Assembly (NCBI GenBank): GCA_032654565.1
Contig: JAULAX010000018.1
Span: 454,415-518,414 of the forward strand
Source: Anaeromyxobacteraceae bacterium
Lineage (GTDB): Bacteria > Myxococcota > Myxococcia > Myxococcales > Anaeromyxobacteraceae
Length of the DNA: 64,000 bases
Direction: 5' to 3'
Each line of letters begins with the position of its first letter. Positions within the stretch are counted from its first letter, which is position 1. Made by a program: the position numbers and the translations under genes. The notes beneath the pieces were generated by a model. It searched no databases. It worked only from the letters and a program-made list of their open reading frames with translations, and was not told where the DNA came from. Below, piece after piece: positions 21,192 through 31,500 of the stretch.

Positions 21192-22459
21192 CCCCCACCG
21201 CCACCCGCAGCCCCGCCGCCCTCCCGCTCGTCGCCCTGCTGCTGGCCGGCTGCGCCGGCGCCCCGGCGGCGCCCACCCCGGCGGAGAGGCCGCCGCGCCC
21301 GGAGGCCCCCCGCGTCCAGGCCCGGCCGGCGCCCGGGGAGCCGCTCACCGAGGCCGGCCGCCGCCTCTTCGACGAGGCGGTGCGGACCCACGAGGAGATG
21401 CTGAAGGCCAAGGCCGTCGACTGGGCCATCCTGGAGCGGCGCTGGCGGGCCGCCGCCGACGCCACCGGCGCCCCCGAGGCCTCCTTCAACCTCGGGGTCA
21501 CGCTGGAGCGGCAGGGGCGCGACGCCGAGGCGCGCGCCGAGTACCAGCTGGCCCTGGCCGGTCGGCCGCTCAAGCAGGCGGCCGCCAACCTCGGGGTGCT
21601 CATGGAGAAGGCGGGCGACGCCCGGGGCGCCCAGGCCGCCTACGACGCGGTGGCCCGCGACTACGCTGACGACGCGGTCTCCCGCGAGCGGCTGGCCGCG
21701 CTCTACCGCCAGTCCGGCCAGCTCGACGAGGCCTGGCACCAGGCCCGCGAGGCGCTGCTGCGCGACCCCACCTCCACCGGCGCCCGCAAGACCATGCTCC
21801 GGGTGGCGCTGGCCCGCGGCGACCTCGACCTGGCGCGGCTGGTGGCGCTGCGGCTGCAGAAGAGCGCCCCCGACGACGCCGAGGTGGCCTGGCTCTCCGG
21901 CCTGCTGCTGGCCCGGCAGGGGGACGACGCCGGCGCCTCGGCCCAGTGGAAGAAGGCGCTGGCGCTCCAGCCCGGGCTGGTGGCGGCCCGCGCCGGCCTG
22001 CTCCAGGTGGCGGTCCGCGAGGAGCGCTGGGGCGAGGTGGAGACCCTGGCCTCCCGGGCGCTGGCCGACGATCCCGCCAACGCCGCGATCCAGCTGGTGC
22101 TCGGCATCGCCCTGCGCCACGGCGGCAAGCCGGAGGAGGCGCTGGCGGCCTACGCCGCCGCCGAGCAGCTGGCCGCCGGGAAGCTCCCCGAGGTCCTCCT
22201 GGCCCGGGGCGTGCTGCTGATGCGCGACAAGGGGGACTGCGCCGGGGCGCTGCGCGACCTCGACCAGTACGAGCGGGCCGCCGGCCCGGTCCTGCCGCAG
22301 GGCTCGCCGGCGCCCCGGCTGATCCGCGAGTGCCAGGAGCAGGTGGAGCAGGCGCGCCTGGCCGTCGAGGCCGCCCGGCAGATGAAGCTCGAGGCCGACA
22401 AGAAGGCCGATATCGCGCCCCCTCCTCCCCCCGGGCCTCCACCCGGGACCAAGCCCTGA
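21188..22459 (+). CDS. gltE: TPR lipoprotein GltE (AglT)
   Basis: Lipobox LLAGC, TPR repeats, between gltD and gltF. Confidence 0.8.
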   Translation: MTPTATRSPAALPLVALLLAGCAGAPAAPTPAERPPRPEAPRVQARPAPGEPLTEAGRRLFDEAVRTHEEMLKAKAVDWAILERRWRAAADATGAPEASFNLGVTLERQGRDAEARAEYQLALAGRPLKQAAANLGVLMEKAGDARGAQAAYDAVARDYADDAVSRERLAALYRQSGQLDEAWHQAREALLRDPTSTGARKTMLRVALARGDLDLARLVALRLQKSAPDDAEVAWLSGLLLARQGDDAGASAQWKKALALQPGLVAARAGLLQVAVREERWGEVETLASRALADDPANAAIQLVLGIALRHGGKPEEALAAYAAAEQLAAGKLPEVLLARGVLLMRDKGDCAGALRDLDQYERAAGPVLPQGSPAPRLIRECQEQVEQARLAVEAARQMKLEADKKADIAPPPPPGPPPGTKP

Positions 22460-22518
22460 GCTCTTTCGCCCCCACGCCGCAGCGGTGGTAAGCTCCCGTG
22501 AACATGAGGTCCTCGCCC

Positions 22519-22773
22519 ATGCGCACCCTGGTCCTGCTGGTCCTGATCGCCGCTCCCCTGGCGTCGCTCGCCCAGGACAAGGCGGAGCCCAAGCCCACCG
22601 TCACCTACGAGAAGCGGACCGAGATCAACTTCGAGGACGACACCATCAGCGGCGACCTGAAGCGCCCCGACGGTGAATACGTCGAGTCCCGGCGCAAGGT
22701 CTCGCACTCCAACCTCATCCGGATCCGCGAGAACTGGCGGGACAAGGTGATGCAGGCCTCCGGGGAGCTCTAG
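22519..22773 (+). CDS. gltF: Small periplasmic gliding protein GltF (CglF)
   Basis: Signal peptide, INFEDDTISGDLKRPDG, SNLIRIRENW; GAGGT RBS before ATG 22519. Confidence 0.85.
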   Translation: MRTLVLLVLIAAPLASLAQDKAEPKPTVTYEKRTEINFEDDTISGDLKRPDGEYVESRRKVSHSNLIRIRENWRDKVMQASGEL

Positions 22774-22778
22774 GCGAG

Positions 22779-24845
22779 ATGGCGACGCCCATCACCCTCC
22801 AGGTGTATCGCGGCGACCAGCTGCTGCGGGCCGAGCAGTTCACCCGCGACATCATCAAGATCGGGCGGCTGGCGACGGCGCACCTGCCGCTCGACGACGA
22901 CCGGGTCTCGCGCATCCACGCGGTGATCGAGGTGGCCGCCGACGGCGCCGTCTCGGTGATCGACATGGGGAGCGCCGAGGGGACCTTCGTCAATGGCCGA
23001 AAGGTCTCGCGGAGCCTCTTCAGGCCCGGGGACCAGCTCACCGTGGGCGGACTCCGAATCGCCCTGGTGGTCGAGGGTGGCGCCGCGGTGCCGGCGGCTC
23101 CACCCGCGCCCGCCCCGGCACCGCCCCCGGTGGCCGCCGCGCCGGTCGCCGCGCCGGTGGCGGCGAGGGTCGCGGCCGCCGTGCCCGCCCCTGCCGCGGC
23201 ACCCCCACCCCCACCCGCACCCGCTCCCGCCGCTCCGGCGGCCCCGGCCGCCGTGGTTTCGCCGCCGCGAGCCGCGCCGTCGGCGCCCGCTCCGGTCGCT
23301 GCCGCCCCGCCGGTCGCCGCCGCCCCCGCCGTCGCCGTCGCCGCGGTGGCCGCGGTGGCCGCACCCTCCGCCCCGGCGGCGAAGAGGCCCGCCGGCAAGA
23401 CGCCGGCCCGCAAGGCCTGGCGCCTGTCGCGAGCCTCGGGCCTCGCCGAGGAGATCTCCGGCGACCACGGCGTCGAGCTCCGCCTGCTCTGGGGTGACAC
23501 CCTGGTCGACGCCGCCGCCTTCCTGGCGCCCCGGGGGCCGGTGCTGATCGGCGAGGGGCCCGGCTGCGCCCTGGCCGTCCCCGCCAGCCACCTGCCCTCG
23601 CCCCAGTACCCGGTCCTCCGCTACGGCGGCGGCGAGTACCAGTTCGCCTTCGCCCGCGGCATGACCGGCGCCCTCGAGGAGAAGGGGGCCCGCGCCTCGC
23701 TGGCCGAGCTGGTCAAGAGCCGCCGGGCCAGCGCCGACGCCACCGTCCAGGGCGGCTTCACCGTCGCCGTGCCGCGCGCCGGGGCGGTCCGCGCCGAGCT
23801 GGGGTCGGGCCTGGCCATCGAGGCCCGGGCCCGCCGCCCCGAGGTGCTCGAGGTGCCGCCCTGGTGGGAGCGCATCAACTACCAGTTCCTCAACCTCTTC
23901 CTGGTGCTGCTCTTCCTCCAGGCCGGCTTCATCGTCGCCTCCAACAACTTCCCCTACGAGACCGACGTCCTCGCCGACGACCTCTTCAAGAACCCGTCGC
24001 GGATGGCCAAGTTCATCATCAAGCCGCCCGAGGCCCCCAAGCCGGCCGAGAAGCTGCCCGGCGAGAAGGCCGCCAAGAAGGAGGAGCAGTCGGGCGAGAT
24101 GGCCGAGAAGCACAAGGGCGAGGAGGGCAAGATGGGCAAGAAGGACGCGCCCAAGACCGACGGCAAGTCGGCGCCCAAGGCCATCGACCCCAACGCCAAG
24201 GAGGTGGTCAAGCGCATGGGCGTGCTGGGCGCGCTCGGCCGCGGCGGCGGCGGCGGCCTGGCCACCATCCTCGGCTCCGGCGGCCTGGGCGGCGACGTCC
24301 GTGGCGCCGTCGGCAACATGTTCGGCAACGCCGTGGGGGACAGCCTCGGCTTCGGCGGCCTCGGCGTGCGCGGCACCGGCGCCGGCGGCGGCGGCGCCGG
24401 CGAGACCGTGGGCATCGGCGGCATCGGCACCAAGGGGCGCGGCGGCGGCCTGGGCGGCTACGGCCAGGGCGTCGGCAGCCTCGGGCGCAAGACCGACCGC
24501 GACGTGGCCATCACCGCCGGCACCGCCATGGTGATGGGCTCCATCGACAAGGAGCTGATCCGCAAGGTGATCCAGGAGCACGCCGCGCAGATCCGCTTCT
24601 GCTACGAGGAGCAGCTGGCGGTGAACCCCAAGCTGGCCGGCAAGGTGGCCATCAAGTGGGTCATCGACGCCGACGGCAACGCCTCCAACGCCAGCGTCGA
24701 CGCCGGCTCGACCACCCTGGCCAGCGACAAGGTCCACCAGTGCATGATGGCCCGCATCGTCAGCTGGCAGTTCCCCAAGCCCAAGGGCGGCGGCATCGCC
24801 GTCATCACCTATCCCTGGATCCTGCGGGCCTCGGGCCTGGAGTAG
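22779..24845 (+). CDS. gltG: GltG (PglI): FHA, Pro/Ala linker, TM, TonB-C-like domain
   Basis: FHA (KIGR...VSRIHA...GTFVNG), single TM, Gly-rich region, C-terminal IRFCYE...FPKPKGGG. Confidence 0.88.
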   Translation: MATPITLQVYRGDQLLRAEQFTRDIIKIGRLATAHLPLDDDRVSRIHAVIEVAADGAVSVIDMGSAEGTFVNGRKVSRSLFRPGDQLTVGGLRIALVVEGGAAVPAAPPAPAPAPPPVAAAPVAAPVAARVAAAVPAPAAAPPPPPAPAPAAPAAPAAVVSPPRAAPSAPAPVAAAPPVAAAPAVAVAAVAAVAAPSAPAAKRPAGKTPARKAWRLSRASGLAEEISGDHGVELRLLWGDTLVDAAAFLAPRGPVLIGEGPGCALAVPASHLPSPQYPVLRYGGGEYQFAFARGMTGALEEKGARASLAELVKSRRASADATVQGGFTVAVPRAGAVRAELGSGLAIEARARRPEVLEVPPWWERINYQFLNLFLVLLFLQAGFIVASNNFPYETDVLADDLFKNPSRMAKFIIKPPEAPKPAEKLPGEKAAKKEEQSGEMAEKHKGEEGKMGKKDAPKTDGKSAPKAIDPNAKEVVKRMGVLGALGRGGGGGLATILGSGGLGGDVRGAVGNMFGNAVGDSLGFGGLGVRGTGAGGGGAGETVGIGGIGTKGRGGGLGGYGQGVGSLGRKTDRDVAITAGTAMVMGSIDKELIRKVIQEHAAQIRFCYEEQLAVNPKLAGKVAIKWVIDADGNASNASVDAGSTTLASDKVHQCMMARIVSWQFPKPKGGGIAVITYPWILRASGLE

Positions 24846-24858
24846 GAGAGGAGCCGCC

Positions 24859-25503
24859 GTGTCCCGCCTGGTCCCCTGCCGCGGTCTGCTCCTGGTGATG
24901 GCGATCCTCGCCGCGGCGAACGGCGCCCCGGCCCGTGCCCAGGACGCCGCCCCGGCCCCCGTCGAGGATCCGCGGGCCCCCAGGTACAAGGACGTCGAGC
25001 GCGGCCTCTTCATCGGCTTCGAGGCCGGCTGGCTGGGGCTGCTGAAGACGCCCAACCAGGACCCCGCCCGGTTCCCGTTCGCCACCGGCGGCGGCGGCGC
25101 GGCCCAGGGCTCGGTCATCGGCCTGCACCTCGGCTACGACCTCACCGAGCGGCTGGCGGTGGCGCTGTTCGCCGAGGGGGCCAGCGAGAAGGCCAGCTCC
25201 TCCTACGGCGCCTTCGACCTGCTGGTGGGCGGCCTCGACCTGCGCTGGGCCTTCTACGGCGCCAAGGACCGGAACGGCTACCAGCGCTTCTTCGTCTACG
25301 CCCACGGGCGCGGCGGCTACCTGCTCACCCACCCCAAGGGACTCTTCGGCGACACCGACCTGCTGGTCGGCGGTGGCCTCGGCGCCGAGTACTTCACGCA
25401 GCTCCGTCACTTCTCGGTGGGGCTGCAGGTCGACGGCCTGTACGTGCTCTCCGCCAAGGCGCCCGGCTTCGCCGTCACGCCGCTGGTGCGGTACACGTTC
25501 TAG
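24859..25503 (+). CDS. gltH: Outer-membrane beta-barrel GltH (CglE)
   Basis: Signal peptide, VERGLFI, EYFTQLRHFSVG, terminal aromatic VRYTF. Confidence 0.8.
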   Translation: MSRLVPCRGLLLVMAILAAANGAPARAQDAAPAPVEDPRAPRYKDVERGLFIGFEAGWLGLLKTPNQDPARFPFATGGGGAAQGSVIGLHLGYDLTERLAVALFAEGASEKASSSYGAFDLLVGGLDLRWAFYGAKDRNGYQRFFVYAHGRGGYLLTHPKGLFGDTDLLVGGGLGAEYFTQLRHFSVGLQVDGLYVLSAKAPGFAVTPLVRYTF

Positions 25504-25521
25504 TCTCGAGCCGGGGGGCGG

Positions 25522-28500
25522 ATGGACCAGCAGATCAGGGCTCACCTGGAGACCCTCGAGGCCGCCCCCGGCGACGCCGAGGCCTTCCGGGCGCTCGAGG
25601 AGGCCTACCGGAGCGGTGGTCGCTTCGAGGAGCTGGCCTCGCTGCTGGAGGCGCGGGCCCGGGTGCTGCCCACCGCCGAGGCCGGGAGGCTGCTGGCCCA
25701 GGCCGCCGAGGTGGCGCGGCGCGAGGCGGCCAACCCGGCGCGGGCCGAGGAGCTCTACCGCGCGCTGCTGGCGCACGATCCCATCAACCAGGCGGCGCTG
25801 CAGGCGCTGGCCGAGCTGGCCGAGGCCCGCCAGGACTGGGCCACGCTCGCCGAGGTGCTGGAGCGCCAGGCCCTGGCCACCCCCACCCCGGCCGAAGGGG
25901 CCCGGCTGTCGCTGCGGCTGGGGAAGCTCCACGAGGAGAAGCTGGGCCGGCGGGACCGCGCCGCGCTGCGCTACGCCGGTGCGGTGCGGCTCGACGCCGG
26001 GCTGGCCGAGGCGCGGCAGCGGGGGCTCGACGCCTGCCTGGCGCTGCGGCGCTACTCCCAGGCCAAGCGCCTGCTCGACACCGCCCGTGACGGCGGCGCC
26101 GAGCGGGCCGGGCTGGCCCGGGACTACGCTCGCCTCGGGGCCACGCTGGCTGACCAGGCGCTCTTCCACGACGTCGCCATGGACTCGCTCATCGAGGCGC
26201 AGATGCTCGATCGGGCCGCGCCCGGCGCCGCCGAGGCCCGCGAGCGGCTCACGGTGCTGCCGCGCCGCTGGCGGGAGGAGGCGGCCGAGCTGGAGGCCCG
26301 GGCGGGGAGGTTGCCGCGGCGCGAGGCGGCCGAGCTGCTGCTGCGCGCCGCCCAGCTCCAGGCGGCCTACTCGCCGGACGGGGTGGCCCCGGCGGTCGAG
26401 CTGCTGGAGCGGGCCTGGGTCCAGGCGCCTGGCCACCCCGCGGTGCTGGAGCTGCTGGAGCGGGTGCTGGAGGACCGCAAGGACTTCGGCGGCCACGCCG
26501 CGGCGCTGGAGCGGCTGGCGGCGGCCACCCGGGAGCGGGGGGCGCTGGTCCAGCTGCTGCTGGCGTCGGCCCGGCTCAAGCTGGTGAGGCTGGGGGACGC
26601 GCCGGCGGCGCTGGCGACGCTGGCCCGGGCGCTGGAGTACGACCCGGCCTGCGAGCCGGCCGCCCTCCAGTCCTTCGAGCAGCTGGCCGACGCCGGCCGC
26701 TTCGCCGAGGCGGTGGCGGTGCTGGAGCGCCACCTCGAGGCCACGCCGGAGAAGCCCGGCCACGCGCTGCTGCGGGTCCGGGCCGCCGAGCTGGCCCGCA
26801 CCCGGCTCGACGACGGTGAGCGGGCCCGGCGCCACCTCGACGCGGCGCTGCGGGCCGACCCGGGCAACGCCGCGGCGGCGACGGCGCTGGTGCCGCTGCT
26901 CACCGCAGGGGGCGAGTGGGCCCGGCTGGTGGAGGTGCTGGCGGTGCGGGTGGCCTCCGAGCCCGACACCACCGAGCGGGTGCGGCTGCAGGAGCGCCAG
27001 GCCGCCGTCGAGCTGGAGCAGCTGGAGCGCCCCGGCGACGCCTTCCGGACGCTGTCGCGGGCCCTGGCGCTCGACCCTCGCCGCGGCTCGATCCGCGCCG
27101 CGCTGGAGGAGGCGGCCCGGCGGGCCGGCCTGCTCCCGGAGCTGTGCCGGGCGCTCCGCTCGGCGGCGCGGGCGGTGGCGCTGGATCCGGCGGCGCGCCG
27201 GTCGCTGCTGCGGCGCGCCGGCGAGCTGCTCGACGGCGAGCTGGGCCAGCCGGAGGCGGGCGCCGAGGCCTGGCGGGAGCTGGTGGGGTTCGACCCCGCC
27301 GACCGGGAGGCGGCGACGGCGCTGGCCGCCTGCGAGGCCCGGGCCCGGGCCCAGGCCGAGGCGCTGGACACGCTGGCGGCCGACCACGCCCAGGCCCAGG
27401 GGGCGCGGCGGCGGGAGACCGGGTACGCCCTGGCCCGCGCCCTGAGCGTGGCCGGGCGGGGGACGGCGGCGGCGGTCACCTGGCGCGAGCTGCTGGCCGC
27501 CTCGGTGGACGACGAGGAGGCGCTCTGGGGGCTCCACGCCGCGCTGGAGGCGACGCCCGGGCCGGTGGCCGCCGAGGAGCGGACCCAGGTGCTGGCGCGG
27601 CTGGCGGCCCTGGTCCGCGGCGCCCCGCAGCGGGTCGAGCTGGAGCTGGAGCGGGCCGTCCTGCTGGTGGAGCCGCTCGGTCGCCACGGCGAGGCGGCCG
27701 GGGTGGTCACGGCCCTGCTCGCGGCCGGGGGCACCACCGCGGCGCAGCAGCAGCAGGCGGTGGCCCTGCTGGAGCGGCTGCTGGCCCGCGGGGTCGATCC
27801 GCTCCGCATCGCCCGGGTGCTGGCCCCGGTCCACGCCGCGCGCGGCGAGCCGGGCAAGCAGGTGGCCATGCTGGAGCTGGTGGCGCGCCGTCTCCCCGCC
27901 GACGCCGACCCCCGCGAGCGGGCCCGCTACCTGCTCGACGCCTCGGTGATCCGGGGCGAGCGGCTCGGCGACGTGCGCGGGGCCCTCACCGCCGCCGCCG
28001 AGGCGCTGCGCGCCGCCCCCAACCACACCGAGGCTCGCAAGCGCTGCGAGCAGCTGGCCCACCAGGTGGGCGCCCAGGCCGAGCTCTACGCGCTGCTGGC
28101 GGAGGCGGCGCGCCGCCTGGAGGGGAAGCCGGACGAGGAGGTGGCCCTGCGCCGCCGGGCCGCCGCGGTCGCCGAGGAGGAGCTGGGCGCCTCCGACGCC
28201 GCCGCCGAGCAGCTGCGCCGCTGCCTGGAGCTCCGCCCCGCCGACCCCGAGCTGATGGCCAGGCTGACCCGGGTCCTGCTGGTCGCCGAGTGCTGGGGCG
28301 AGGCGGTCGAGCTGCTGGTGGAGCGGGCCCGGGGCGCCTCCGACGCCGACCGGTCGGCGCTGCTGGGGCAGCTGGCCGAGGTGCTGCTGGAGCGGCTCGA
28401 CCGGGCGGCCGACGCCGTGGCCGCCTACCGCGAGGCGCTGGCGCTGGCGGCCCCGGCCGGGCGCAGCCGGCTGCTCGCCCGCCTGGCGGCGGCGCTGGGC

Positions 28501-31500
28501 GCGGCCGGCGACCCGGCCGGCCAGGCCTCGACGCTGGCCGAGCTGGCGGCGGCCACCGAGGACCCGGCCGAGGCGGCCCGGGCCTCGCTGGAGAGCGCCC
28601 GGCTGTCGGCGGGGCTGGGTGACCAGGCCGGGGCGGTGAGCCGCCTGGCCGGGGTGCTGCGGGCCGATCCGTCCGACGCCGCCGCCCTGGCGACCCTGGA
28701 GCAGGCGCTCGCCGATCCCCAGCCGGAGGTGGTGCTGACCGCGGCCCGGGCGCTCGAGGTGGCCCACGCCGCCCGGGGCGACGCCGCGGGGCGGCTGCGG
28801 GCGCTCACCGCCGCGGCCCGGGTCCACCCCGAGGCCGAGGCCAGGGCGGCGGCCTGGCGCCAGGTGGCGCGGCTCCACGAGCAGGCCGGCACCTCGCCGG
28901 TCGAGATGGTGGCCGCGGCGGTCGAGGCGGTGCGGGCCACGCCGGCCGACGCCGAGCTGCGGCGCGAGCTGCGGCGGGTGGCCGACCTGGGCCGCGACGT
29001 CGAGGCGGCGGCCCGGGGGCTCGACGAGGCGGCCGAGGCGCTGGGGGGGGCGGAGCGGGCCACCGTGCTCCGCGAGCTGGCCGACTGGTGCGAGCGGCGG
29101 CTGGAGGCGCGCGATCGCGCCGCGGAGGCCTGGGAGCGGCTGCTGCTGGTGGTCCCCGGGGACGCCGCCGCCCTGGCGGCGCTGCGCCGGCTCTTCCGCG
29201 CCACCGAGCAGTGGTCGAGGCTGGTGGAGATCTGCGAGGTGATCGCCGCCCACGCCGCCTCCTCGCCGGCGCGCCAGGATCCGCTCCGCGAGATCGCCGC
29301 GCTGGCCGAGACCCGGCTCGGAGACCTGCCGCGCGCCGCCGACGCCTGGCGGGAGGTGGCGCGGCTGTCTCCGGAGGATCGCGACGTGGCCGCGGCCGTC
29401 GATCGGCTGCTGACCACGCTGGACCGTCCCGCCGAGCTGGCGGCGGCGCTGGAGGCCCGGCTCGAGGGGGCCTTCGACCCCGAGACCGCCTTCCGGCTGG
29501 CCGAGCTGCGCCGCACCCGGCTGGAGGACCCGGCCGGCGCACTGGCGCTCCACGCCGAGCTGGCCCGCCGGGAGCCGGGCCGGTCCGGGCCCCGCGAGGC
29601 GCTGGTGCTGCTGGCCGCGCTCCCCGGGGTGGTGGGCCAGGAGGCGCTCGGCGTGGCCGACGCGGCGCTGCGGGCGGCCGGGGAGCAGGTCCGGCGGGTG
29701 GCCATCCGCGAGGCCCGCCTGGCGGGCCCGGCCGAGCCGGCCGAGCGGGCCCGGCTCCACGCCGAGATCCGGGCCCTGCTGGAGCGGGAGCTCGGCGACC
29801 CCGCCGCGGCGCGGGCGGCGGCCCGGCGGGCCTTCGCCGAAGGTGGGCCGGGGAGGGAGGACGCCGAGGCCGACCTGCGGCGGCTGGCGGCGGCGGGCGG
29901 GGCGGGGGCCTTCGCCGTGGTGGCCGACGCCTACCTGGAGGCCGCCGGCGAGGGGGGCGAGGGGGCGCTGGACTGGATGCGCAAGGCGGCCCGGGCCCGG
30001 GACGTCGAGCTCGACGACGGACCCGGGGCCATCCTGGTCTGGAAGTCGGTGCTGGAGGCCCAGCCCGAGGACGCCGAGGCGCTGGAGGTGCTGGAGCGGC
30101 GCTACGCCGAGGTCACCGCGTTCCGCGAGCAGCTTGAGATGGCGCTGCGGCGGGCCACGCTGGCGGTCGGCGACGCCCGGGTCCCGGCCCTCCGCCACGC
30201 CGCCGAGATCGCCCGGCAGGCCGGCGACGCCGACGCCGAGATCTCCTCGCTGGCCGAGGCCCGGCTGGTGGCGCCGCGCGACGAGGCGACCCTGGCGGCG
30301 CTGGAGGAGGCGCTGGGGCGGGCCGGCCGGGCCTCCGCCCAGGTCGAGGTGCTCCAGGCCATGGCCGAGCTGGCCGGCGACCGCGACCCGGCCGAGCGGC
30401 TGGCGCTGCTGTCGCGGCGCGCCGAGCTGCTGGAGCGGGATCCCGACCCGCACCGGGCCATCGACGCCTACACCGCGGTGCTGGCGGAGTGGCCCCGGGA
30501 TCCCATCGCCGTGGCCGGGCTGGAGCGGCTGCTGGAGCGCCCCGACGCCCGCGCCCAGGCGCAGCGCATCCTCGAGGACGTGCAGCGGCTGGCCGGGGAT
30601 CCTGCCCGGCTCGCCACCCTGCTGGAGATCCGGCTGGAGGCGACCCCGGCGTCGCACCGGCAGGGGCTGCTGGCCGAGATCGCCGGGCTGCGGGAGCGCG
30701 GCGGCGACCGCGAGGCGGCCTTCGCCACCCGGCTGCGGGCCTTCGAGGAGGCGGTGGCGGCGGGCGGCGACGACCCGGCCGGGCGCGCCGACCTGGAGCG
30801 GCTGGCCGGGGATGCGGCGGCGTGGGAGGCGGTGGCCGCGGCCTACCAGGCGGCCCTGTCCCAGGTGCCGGCCGCGGCGCTGGAGCTGCGCCGGCGGCTG
30901 GCCAGCATCTGCGGGGAGCGGCTCGGGGCGCTGGACCGGGCCGTGGCGTGGTGGGAAGAAGTCGCTGCGGCCGATCCCGGGCCGGAGCCGCTGTCGGCGC
31001 TGGTGCGCCTGCGCCGGCGGCAGGGGGCGAAGCGGGAGCTGGTCGCGGCGCTGCTGCGCCTGGCCGAGGCGACCGCGGCGCCGGAGTCCAAGAAGGAACT
31101 GCTTTTCGAGGTGGCCAAGATCATGGACGAGCAGCTCGCCAACCGAGACGGTGCCATCGAGGCGTACCGGAAGATCCTGTCCATCGACCCGGAGGATCCG
31201 GGCGCGCTGCGCCTGCTGGGGCGGCTGCTCAACGTGGCCGAGCGCTGGGAGGAGCTGGCGGCGGTGATGGAGCGGGAGGCGGTGGCCGCGGCGCGGCGCC
31301 CCGAGACCACCGCCGAGGCCGCCGAGCTGCGCTTCCGGCTCGGCCGCATCCGCCAGGCCAGGCTCAACGACGCCGCCGGGGCGCTGGCCGCCTACCGGCA
31401 GGTGCTGGAGCGGGCCCCGCGCCACCCCGGAACGCTGGGGGCGCTGCAGGAGCTGGCCCGCACCAGCGGTCCGGCCGCCATGGACGCCTCGCTCCTGCTC